A stretch of 41,629 bases of DNA from contig JBHLLO010000024.1 of assembly GCA_048885535.1 (NCBI GenBank), forward strand, positions 1-41,629. The letters run 5' to 3'. Under the pieces are notes generated by a model. The model ran no database searches and was not told where the DNA came from. It saw nothing but the letters and a program-made list of their open reading frames with translations. The DNA comes from Candidatus Hermodarchaeota archaeon (GTDB taxonomy: Archaea; Asgardarchaeota; Lokiarchaeia; Sigyniarchaeales; SOKP01). The position numbers were made by a program, and so were the translations under genes. Positions within the stretch are counted from its first letter, which is position 1. The number at the start of each line of letters is the position of its first letter. Shown here piece by piece: positions 1 through 7,960 of the stretch.

Positions 1-1428
1 AATTCATTATTCCATGCTTTCAAATCTGTCAAATATATGGCACCTCCAACTGATACAGCCATACCTGTAGGTGAACAAGTTTTAGAAAATACATTAATTA
101 AAGAGATTGGCCTACAAGTATCAGAAAATATTGATGATTTTGAAGATCCAATAGAAACTGTTGATCAAATATCTAATGAGATTTTAAATGTTAAGAAAAA
201 AGCTTTACTTAAAGAGGATTCTTCTATAACTGATAAAATGCTTAGTAATATTAAAGTTAATGGTGAAGAATTGATTGATCTTAATTTACGGATTCTTGCA
301 AGCATACCTGTTCAAAATTCTTTTGAATCAGAGAGATTCCTTGAAAATTTTATCTTGGATACAAAAGAATATGCAGACACGAATTATCAAGACGTATTCG
401 AGTATTTCATTGATAATTATACCAAAGATGATGATTTTGTTTCCGCTGAAACAAGATCTCCCACAAGCGGAAAAGGTTTAGCATATGTTGTTGAAGCAGG
501 ATTAGCTTACTGTAATGATCCAAATAAACTTGAAACTCCTAAGAGATCTAGAGATGTACTTTCTAGATTTGTAAATAGAACCCCAAAATTAAGAGATAGT
601 GCAGATTGCGCAATAACAAAAGCAGTTCAATCGGTAAACTGGAAAAATTATAAACTAGACACTTATGATAATAATCTTCCAAAGGGACCTATTAAACTAT
701 TAATTAACGTTTCTGGGCCTTATGTTCATTTAATGTTTAAATCTCAATCAAAAAATGCCTTAGCAGACGATGAGGATTTAATTAAAGAAATAAAGTATTG
801 TCTTGAGGCTATAGGAAGGAGATTAAGAGTATATCTTAATAGAAGGCACGCTATCCATAAAAAGGAAAAAAGAGCTGATTTAATCAAGAAATATATTCCA
901 CAATTTGTTGAAAGCATTTATAATATTAGTTCTAAGGGAGAAAGCAAATTTCAAAATCAATTGAGTAAAGATAATTTAATAGAATTAATGGAGAACGCAA
1001 TTGGAGTGAAACCAAAATTAATGACGCCCACCAAAATGCTAAGAACAGTTAATGAGATTAGTAAATCAGAAGATCAAGAAGAACTGGTAAAAACAGAAAC
1101 CTTTCAAGTTGAAAGTCCAAAAATGGTGGAAATTGAAGAAGAAAAAGAAATTAAAATTGAACCTCCATCAGTAACAGTTAAACCTCAGAAAGTAGCTAAA
1201 AAACCTGTAAAGAAACAAAAATTGGAATTACCAATTATTACAACTGAGAAGATATTGTCCACACTTACTAATGAGGATTGGCAACCAATTACTCATCTAA
1301 TTTTTAAACTAAAAATTCAAGATATGATGGATGCCCGTTTTTTACAACTTAAAATGAAAGAATTATTAAGAAAAGGATTAGTCGAAGAAAAAATTATTAA
1401 AACCAAAAAACATTGGAAATTAAAGTGA
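1..1428 (+). CDS. top6B: DNA topoisomerase VI subunit B, C-terminal part (5'-truncated by window edge)
   Basis: Frame is open from base 1 (NSLFHAFKSVKYMAPP...). Transducer-domain motifs: APPT..IPVGE, FVSAETRSP, VVEAGLAY, RFVNRTP...CAITKAVQSVNWKNY, PKGP, SQSKNALAD. Lies 7 nt upstream of top6A. Confidence 0.9.
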   Translation, partial: NSLFHAFKSVKYMAPPTDTAIPVGEQVLENTLIKEIGLQVSENIDDFEDPIETVDQISNEILNVKKKALLKEDSSITDKMLSNIKVNGEELIDLNLRILASIPVQNSFESERFLENFILDTKEYADTNYQDVFEYFIDNYTKDDDFVSAETRSPTSGKGLAYVVEAGLAYCNDPNKLETPKRSRDVLSRFVNRTPKLRDSADCAITKAVQSVNWKNYKLDTYDNNLPKGPIKLLINVSGPYVHLMFKSQSKNALADDEDLIKEIKYCLEAIGRRLRVYLNRRHAIHKKEKRADLIKKYIPQFVESIYNISSKGESKFQNQLSKDNLIELMENAIGVKPKLMTPTKMLRTVNEISKSEDQEELVKTETFQVESPKMVEIEEEKEIKIEPPSVTVKPQKVAKKPVKKQKLELPIITTEKILSTLTNEDWQPITHLIFKLKIQDMMDARFLQLKMKELLRKGLVEEKIIKTKKHWKLK

Positions 1429-1435
1429 TTATAAA

Positions 1436-2620
1436 ATGGCAAAAAAGATAAAAAAAGATTATGATTTAAAGGCTACTAAGCAGCTATATTTTGATTATTT
1501 AGAGATGGGAAAACAGAATAAAGAATTTAAGCAACCAGCCGATACAATTAAAATTGAAGATCTCAGTAGAAATAAAATACTGAACAGAATATATACACTA
1601 ACAGATAATATTATTGAACAAATTTATAATTCTGGTAGACCATCTATTGAATTACCTTCTAGATCGTCGTCAAATATCATTTGGGATGAGGATAATGATT
1701 TATTATTGCTTGGTAAACAGATTATGGAAAAACAGTTTCATTCACTCACTAGCGTTGCAGATATAACTCGCTTAATGAGGGTTTTAGAAGTTGTAAGCGA
1801 ATTATTGGACGAAGATCTTCATGCTACAAAAAGAGAAGTATTTTACACAGATGTTAATTTATTTGGTGATCAAAAAAATAGTGATAAAAGCATTGAAGAT
1901 GTATCAACCATGTTATACACTTCCAGAAATTCTACACATATTGTTGCTGCCCCTCGAGGTTCGTGTGTAGGTCGATTAAGAATTAGAGACAGAATGGATA
2001 TAATAGATCTTGAAGCACAAGGAAGTGGAGGATGGACAATATCCCCATTCCTTGATCAAATTGAAATTATTGAATCTGATGCTGAATTTATTCTAGTAAT
2101 TGAGAAAAATGCCGCTATGATGAGACTTGCGGAAGATAGATTTTGGCGAAAATATCCCTGCATTTTACTTACTGCTCAAGGTGTAGGAAACGTAGCAACT
2201 CGTATGTTCTTAAAGAGATTAAATAAAGAATTGAATTTACCAACCTTTACTTTAGTTGATAGTGATCCTTATGGTCATTACATTCACTCTGTCTATTTAA
2301 GAGGTTCGAAAAGATTAAGCTATGAATCACCCTTTCTTGCAACCCCAAATATAAAATTATTAGGCGTTTTAACACGAGATTTAGATAAATACCAAATTCC
2401 TAAAGCTGCCAGGATTAAAATGAATAAGCAAGACGAAAAACGTACAAAAGATTTGCTAAACGAGGATTTCGTTAAAAAGAACAAGGCTTGGGAAACTGAT
2501 TTGAAACTTGCACTTAAATTAAAAGATAAGGCGGAAATCCAAGCATTTGCTACTCATGGTTTTAAATTTCTAACAGATGAATATTTGCCAGAAAAATTAA
2601 CTACAGGTGATTGGATATAA
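1436..2620 (+). CDS. top6A: DNA topoisomerase VI subunit A (Spo11 family)
   Basis: Catalytic-Tyr motif TKREVFY; TOPRIM motifs ILVIEK and VDSDPYG; C-terminal KAEIQA; adjacent to top6B. Confidence 0.96.
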   Translation: MAKKIKKDYDLKATKQLYFDYLEMGKQNKEFKQPADTIKIEDLSRNKILNRIYTLTDNIIEQIYNSGRPSIELPSRSSSNIIWDEDNDLLLLGKQIMEKQFHSLTSVADITRLMRVLEVVSELLDEDLHATKREVFYTDVNLFGDQKNSDKSIEDVSTMLYTSRNSTHIVAAPRGSCVGRLRIRDRMDIIDLEAQGSGGWTISPFLDQIEIIESDAEFILVIEKNAAMMRLAEDRFWRKYPCILLTAQGVGNVATRMFLKRLNKELNLPTFTLVDSDPYGHYIHSVYLRGSKRLSYESPFLATPNIKLLGVLTRDLDKYQIPKAARIKMNKQDEKRTKDLLNEDFVKKNKAWETDLKLALKLKDKAEIQAFATHGFKFLTDEYLPEKLTTGDWI

Positions 2621-3135
2621 AACTATTTCAGAAAAAAGATGGTGGAGTAATCCAGTTAATTGATAAGGAAAAAATGAATGATTGGCCTGTAGAATTACCT
2701 CTTATATTTATAGAATATATCAGAGACAAAAAATTAAATACATATGAGGATAAGGTTGTTAGGAAAGAGGTGGAGGACTATCTTAATGATATTATGAAGG
2801 ATATTGCAATTCCAAGATTAATCAATGTATTAAAGAGCGAAGATACAGAGGAAATAATCCTTTCTCTTACTCGAATAGAAGATATTGGAAAAAAGAATAT
2901 TGAAATGATTAAACCTATCCAAAACTATCTTACCGATCTTCAAGAAAATAAAAATAAAAAAGTAGTGGAATTAACACAAAAAATTTCAGAAATGTTTATT
3001 AAAGCTGAAAGAAGAAAGGAATTATTAAAAAAGAGAACAATTATGCAACAAAAAGAAAAAGAATTTTTAGCAGGTAAAATTACAGGAGAAGAATACTCGA
3101 AATTTAGAAAAGAATATCTACTCTTAAAAGAATAA
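2617..3135 (+). CDS. Hypothetical helical protein (possible single HEAT-like unit plus C-terminal coiled coil/SHOCT-like end)
   Basis: ORF overlaps the top6A stop and ends 1 nt before pyrE. ORF track start is TTG 2611; ATA 2617 fits the SD spacing better. Contains IPRLINVLKSED (HEAT-like) and FLAGKITGEEYSK (SHOCT-like). Confidence 0.7.
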   Translation: MKLFQKKDGGVIQLIDKEKMNDWPVELPLIFIEYIRDKKLNTYEDKVVRKEVEDYLNDIMKDIAIPRLINVLKSEDTEEIILSLTRIEDIGKKNIEMIKPIQNYLTDLQENKNKKVVELTQKISEMFIKAERRKELLKKRTIMQQKEKEFLAGKITGEEYSKFRKEYLLLKE

Positions 3136-3136
3136 A

Positions 3137-3805
3137 ATGAATTGGGAAATCGAAAAAGAATCTTTCTATGATTTTATTATAAGGAATAATGTAATCGGAT
3201 TTTATAAGAAACCAGTAAAATTAAAATCTGGGAGACTATCTCCATTTTATATTAATTGGAGAAAAATATCTGAGGATGTCTATTTAATCGATATTTTAAC
3301 AGATTATATACTATTATTTATAGAATATTTAAAACTAACTCCAGATTGTTTTTTTGGTGTACCCGAAGGTGCTACTAAATTAGGAATTATCATACAATTT
3401 AAATGGGCTAAAAAAAATCCAGCTTTTGGACCAGAGAAATTTCCATTACCAATGGGAAGAGGAAAAGTAAAAGATCATGGAGAATTGAAGGATAGAATTT
3501 ACTTAGGAATGCCTAAAGGTAAAGTGGTTGTTCTAGAAGATGTTACGACAACTGGAGATTCATTAGTTCAATGTATTAGCAGATTGCAAGATAATAATAT
3601 AAATGTAATTGCTGCTGTTAGTTTAACAAACAGAAATGAAATACGAGATGATGGAAAAACAGTTGAAGAGGTTATTAAAGAAAAAGGAGTTGACTATTTC
3701 TCTATGAGTGTCTTTACTAAGCTTATCCCCAAGTTAGCTCTTACGAAGGAATTGTCTATCTCTGTAGAAAGTTATTTTAAAAAGTATGGTGTTAATAATC
3801 TATAA
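3137..3805 (+). CDS. pyrE: Orotate phosphoribosyltransferase
   Basis: LKSGRLSPFYIN N-terminal motif, KDHG loop, PRPP-binding motif VVVLEDVTTTGDS. Confidence 0.88.
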   Translation: MNWEIEKESFYDFIIRNNVIGFYKKPVKLKSGRLSPFYINWRKISEDVYLIDILTDYILLFIEYLKLTPDCFFGVPEGATKLGIIIQFKWAKKNPAFGPEKFPLPMGRGKVKDHGELKDRIYLGMPKGKVVVLEDVTTTGDSLVQCISRLQDNNINVIAAVSLTNRNEIRDDGKTVEEVIKEKGVDYFSMSVFTKLIPKLALTKELSISVESYFKKYGVNNL

Positions 3806-4369
3806 ACTAAAAAGAAAAAAATCCCTCCAAACTTTAATAACTGTATATAATTCTTTATATAATATCTTCTCTGATAATGTAAGGCGTTTCTCATCATCTA
3901 AAGATAATTCCGCTTTCGATAATCTCAACAACTTCAATAACCTACTATCGATGACATTACTACTATATGAGTTATATCTGTCTAAATCTACTTTTGGTTT
4001 TTGATTATTTTCTACTTCATATTCCATAACTGATTTAAATTCTTTAATCCTATTTAAAAAATAAGGCTTGCTTTGATTAGTTAACTTTTCATTATCACGT
4101 TCACTTATAGCATATCTTTGAACGTCTACATTATCACATTTTTCATCAGAAATAGGTTTTAAAATTTCTTTTTGAATAAAAGGTAATGCTATGAAAAATT
4201 TTAGCTTATACTTTTGTCCCTTCTCAAATGGTCCATAATTTTCTCCAAATAAAATAAATGCCTTATGATTCTTTACACATTCACTCATTATTTCTTCATT
4301 TTTAAATATGAAATTGACTCGTTTTAAATTTAAAGGTAAAGTTTCTTCGAATCTTTCCATTATTACCAT
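3800..4369 (-). CDS. gins23: GINS complex subunit, Gins23 (Psf2/Psf3-like, B-A domain order)
   Basis: N-terminal beta B-domain (FGENYGPFEKG..YKLKFFIA) followed by helical A-domain (SRLLKLLRLS...LTLSEKILY...WR). Size ~190 aa; near mcm, as is typical for gins23. Confidence 0.75.
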   Translation of the reverse strand: MVIMERFEETLPLNLKRVNFIFKNEEIMSECVKNHKAFILFGENYGPFEKGQKYKLKFFIALPFIQKEILKPISDEKCDNVDVQRYAISERDNEKLTNQSKPYFLNRIKEFKSVMEYEVENNQKPKVDLDRYNSYSSNVIDSRLLKLLRLSKAELSLDDEKRLTLSEKILYKELYTVIKVWRDFFLFSL

Positions 4370-4463
4370 ACTATAATTTAAAAATTAAAATAATTTTATA
4401 TACTAATTAATGAACTACTATTGAAATTAAACATTATTTTTTGATAAATAAAAAGATAAATCT

Positions 4464-7400
4464 GTGGATAATTTGATTATTGAAATTATATTATTTGTGG
4501 TTTTTGTATTACTCTTTTTCTTTGGTTTTTATATCATACATAGACAGATTGCTTTAGTTAAAAGGGGAGAATTTAAAGTAAAAGATCGTCTTCAATGTAT
4601 TATTTACGGAATTCTTTTCAGTTTAGCAACAATGATAGTTATTTCAATGGGAGCTACTTTTACAATTGAAACCGTGAATCCTCTTTTCTTGCTAATTCCT
4701 TTCATTATATGTTTAAGCTATATGACGATCTACCCATTAATTGACTTTCTTTTCATTGCTTTGAGTAGAGAATCAGATGAAGGTTTAACACCTTTTCATA
4801 AATTTATCAGTAAAAATATAATTAATAGGTCAAAAAATAAAAAAGTTTCATTTTTTATGGCTGTATTATTATATTCTTTATTTATTACCCCAATACTTTT
4901 ATTAACCTTAGCAGGATTACCTTTTTTGTTGATATGGATTTCCTCAATGTTAATTTACCCCTTATTAAATCTTATTCTTTATGGAACTAAAGGTTATATT
5001 GCTGGGATTTCAAATGAATATTATCACATTCCAGAAATAAAAAGATCCATTTTTTTAAATTTTGAAGATAGTAAACGAGGCATGAAACAGTTTATATCTT
5101 CTCCTAGACCATATATTATTTTAGGCTTCATGATCTTTGTATTTTTATGGGCTTGGATTTCATTATTTCAGACCATGGGATTCTTCTTCACGGGATCGTT
5201 TGCCATTTCCACGATGTCATCTTATTTTGCTTATGTAACCTTATTTTTTGGGATCATTGGATATTTTACACGATTTTGGGGGCGTAAAATCAAATACAGA
5301 GCAATTGACATCTACTTTGCGGCATATTTAATGGCAGCTATTGGGATAAATGTATTTATCAATTTTATATTAGTTAATATCAATGTTTTATCAAGTTCGT
5401 TGAATTTCTGGATATTAACTCAAGAAATTGAACTAAAGTACATATTATATTCATGGCCATCGGCTATTGAAGAAATAATCCTCATAATATTTACAAGTTA
5501 TTATTTGATTTCAAAGAAAAATGAATTTAAATTTAATATTAAATATTCTAAGATTACTCAATGTGGTCAAACATTTGATCCTATTCCTCTATTTAATTTT
5601 ATAAAAAATCCAAATCCAGAATTAAGAGTTCATGCAGAAAATACAATTCTTCTTATGTTTGAAAGAATTCCATTAAAAAGCGAAGTAAATCCAAACGAAT
5701 GGAAATTCAAAGATATGTTGATTGATGGTTTATGTGACCCCAATCTCAATTCTAGACGCACATGTTATAAAATTTTGAAGCAGTTGGAAAATACTATTCC
5801 AGAATCTATTCTTCCTTGGATTATCGATGGCTTACAAGCCCCTAATTATGATAAAGTATATCCTTTTGCGAGATCTTTGTTAGATGCAGATATGGATTTA
5901 TTGCAGAAAGTACCAAAAAAATTAATTTTGAACTTAATTAATGATTCTGAATGGCGATTAAAAGTAGTTGGATTAAAATTGATCTCTAAACTAATAAAGC
6001 ACGATAAACAAATGTATTTAAGTTTAAATATTGAAAAACTAATAAACAATCCAAATAATCAAATAAAGATTGAAGCTTTTAAAATTATAGAGATGTATGG
6101 CTTCTCTGTGCCAATTAATGATATATTAAGCAAATTTAATCATCCAAATAGAAAAGTTAGAGCTGCTGCAATTAGGTCTCTGAAAAATGTGTCCATAGAA
6201 AGAATTAATTCAAAGTTAGTATCTCAAATTATTCCTTATATGGCTGATCCAACAGGAACTGTTAGATCCTCTGTTTTTGAAGCTTTTGCTAAGATAGGAA
6301 ATTTTAAGAAATTTTCAATACCAGTTGAACCAATTTTTGATGGCTTAGCTGATTCTGATGAGGTTGTAAGAAGATCAGCTGTTATGGCACTTAAAACATA
6401 TTTTAATGAAAATCCTAAAACTTTAAATATAGATACTATTGTAAATAGAATTGATCCAACTAATACTAACATTTTGAAAAGCGTTTTAAATCTTCTTGGG
6501 GATTTATGGGAAAAAGATCCTGAAAAGATTTTAACAATATTCTTAATCTTCATAAAATTTGAGGATGATGAATTGAAAAAAGAGATTTCGAGAGTTCTTA
6601 TAAAAAAATATCCAATATCTCCAAATTTAATCTTTGATAATTTAATTAAAATCAAGGATGAATCAAAATTTATAACAAAAGGAATTATTTCAAGCACTAT
6701 AATTGAATTTGCTAGGTCAAATCCTGATATCACTTTCCCAAAATTATTAAGAAGCTTTGAAAGTGATAATGATGACGTTGTATTAAATTCAATTGCATCT
6801 TTTGAGGGCTTAATTGAGGATCACCTTGATAAGATGCAATTAGAGACAATACTTTCAATATTTAAAAAAACCCATGATATTAAGATAAGGAAAGAAGGTT
6901 CTCAATTAATTTCAAGTATAGCTAAAATAAATCCACTCTTTCTAAAACCCGTCATAAATGAATTACTACAATTACAAAAAAGCTTGGATACATCAGTTCG
7001 AATAATTTTAACTAAAGCAATTCTAGAAATAGTCAAAAATGAACCTGAATTAATACCTGTACCTAATATAGTAGATTTCCTTTCTGATAATGATGCTTTC
7101 GTCCGAGAAATTGCTGTCAAAGCGCTAGGCTTCCTTGGTCATACACGTCCTTTGGAAATAATTGATATTTTATTGAATAAAGCGCTGCTAGATGATGAAT
7201 GGATAGTACGAGAAGCAGCAGTTTCAAGCTTAGCTATTCTCATCTCAGAAGTTGATGATAAACGAGAAATACTGCTGAAATTGGTCTCTTTGATGGGGGA
7301 TAATAATGTTTGGGTTCGCAACTCTGCTATGAATTTAATTGCATCAATTGAGGACGTAACTCCATCAATTATTCCATTTGACAAATTATCGGATAATTTA

Positions 7401-7781
7401 ATTCATAGTAATCCAAAAGTTCGTCAAGCAGCTGCTAATTTACTGAAAATCTATGATTTTAATATTATTAATGATAATTTTGATAAGATTACTATCTTAT
7501 TAGGGGATGAGTCTGAAGAAGTAAGAAGGTCCATAATAAATACTATGACTGAAGTAATAAACAATGTGGGTTTATCTAAAATGTTGTCGAGACTCCTAAA
7601 AAACTTAAGTGATTCTGGTTCATTAACCACTCAACAATCTATTGCTAGAATTTTAGGTAGAACTGCTAAATACGAAGAAGAAATGATTAAAAAGAGGGTA
7701 ATTGCATTACTAAAAGTAAGATGTGAGATGTCGCAAGACCCTATAATATGTGAAGTATTAACAAAATTGAAGGAGAATTAA
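4464..7781 (+). CDS. Polytopic membrane protein (~9 TM helices) fused to long HEAT-repeat alpha-solenoid
   Basis: aa ~1-350 carry about nine hydrophobic segments. aa ~370-1105 carry repeated HEAT signatures (e.g. LADSDEVVRRSAVMAL, LSDNDAFVREIAVKALG, LLDDEWIVREAAVSSL, GDNNVWVRNSA, HSNPKVRQAAA). Confidence 0.85.
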   Translation: MDNLIIEIILFVVFVLLFFFGFYIIHRQIALVKRGEFKVKDRLQCIIYGILFSLATMIVISMGATFTIETVNPLFLLIPFIICLSYMTIYPLIDFLFIALSRESDEGLTPFHKFISKNIINRSKNKKVSFFMAVLLYSLFITPILLLTLAGLPFLLIWISSMLIYPLLNLILYGTKGYIAGISNEYYHIPEIKRSIFLNFEDSKRGMKQFISSPRPYIILGFMIFVFLWAWISLFQTMGFFFTGSFAISTMSSYFAYVTLFFGIIGYFTRFWGRKIKYRAIDIYFAAYLMAAIGINVFINFILVNINVLSSSLNFWILTQEIELKYILYSWPSAIEEIILIIFTSYYLISKKNEFKFNIKYSKITQCGQTFDPIPLFNFIKNPNPELRVHAENTILLMFERIPLKSEVNPNEWKFKDMLIDGLCDPNLNSRRTCYKILKQLENTIPESILPWIIDGLQAPNYDKVYPFARSLLDADMDLLQKVPKKLILNLINDSEWRLKVVGLKLISKLIKHDKQMYLSLNIEKLINNPNNQIKIEAFKIIEMYGFSVPINDILSKFNHPNRKVRAAAIRSLKNVSIERINSKLVSQIIPYMADPTGTVRSSVFEAFAKIGNFKKFSIPVEPIFDGLADSDEVVRRSAVMALKTYFNENPKTLNIDTIVNRIDPTNTNILKSVLNLLGDLWEKDPEKILTIFLIFIKFEDDELKKEISRVLIKKYPISPNLIFDNLIKIKDESKFITKGIISSTIIEFARSNPDITFPKLLRSFESDNDDVVLNSIASFEGLIEDHLDKMQLETILSIFKKTHDIKIRKEGSQLISSIAKINPLFLKPVINELLQLQKSLDTSVRIILTKAILEIVKNEPELIPVPNIVDFLSDNDAFVREIAVKALGFLGHTRPLEIIDILLNKALLDDEWIVREAAVSSLAILISEVDDKREILLKLVSLMGDNNVWVRNSAMNLIASIEDVTPSIIPFDKLSDNLIHSNPKVRQAAANLLKIYDFNIINDNFDKITILLGDESEEVRRSIINTMTEVINNVGLSKMLSRLLKNLSDSGSLTTQQSIARILGRTAKYEEEMIKKRVIALLKVRCEMSQDPIICEVLTKLKEN

Positions 7782-7785
7782 TTAG

Positions 7786-7798
7786 TTTCTTTTTTTTT
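7786..7798 (+). terminator. Putative archaeal oligo-T terminator after HEAT-repeat gene
   Basis: TTTCTTTTTTTTT just after the stop codon, followed by a further pyrimidine-rich tract. Confidence 0.35.
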
Positions 7799-7948
7799 CC
7801 CTTATATTAAAGATTTTATCACTAAATCTTATCTCTCTCTTTCCTTTTTTCCTTTTAAAATTTATTTACTGTTTAATAAGCTTAAATCGTTAATATAGCA
7901 GATTAAAAAATCATTAAAAATAAATGGGGTATATAGAAAATTTCTTTA

Positions 7949-7955
7949 AGGTGAT
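7949..7955 (+). promoter_or_regulatory. Shine-Dalgarno motif AGGTGAT upstream of mcm TTG start
   Basis: AGGTGA ends 6 nt before TTG 7961; complementary to the usual archaeal 16S 3' end (AUCACCU). Confidence 0.6.
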
Positions 7956-7960
7956 TTTTA

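Noticed and set aside
115-426. Intein in top6B
   Set aside because: No C/S start with HN-C/S/T end and no LAGLIDADG motifs; treated as an ordinary insertion.
4370-7960. Replication origin in the AT-rich gaps near gins23/mcm (4370-4463, 7782-7960)
   Set aside because: No ORB-like repeats or G-strings and no cdc6/orc1 gene seen; the gaps are short and AT richness is general in this window.
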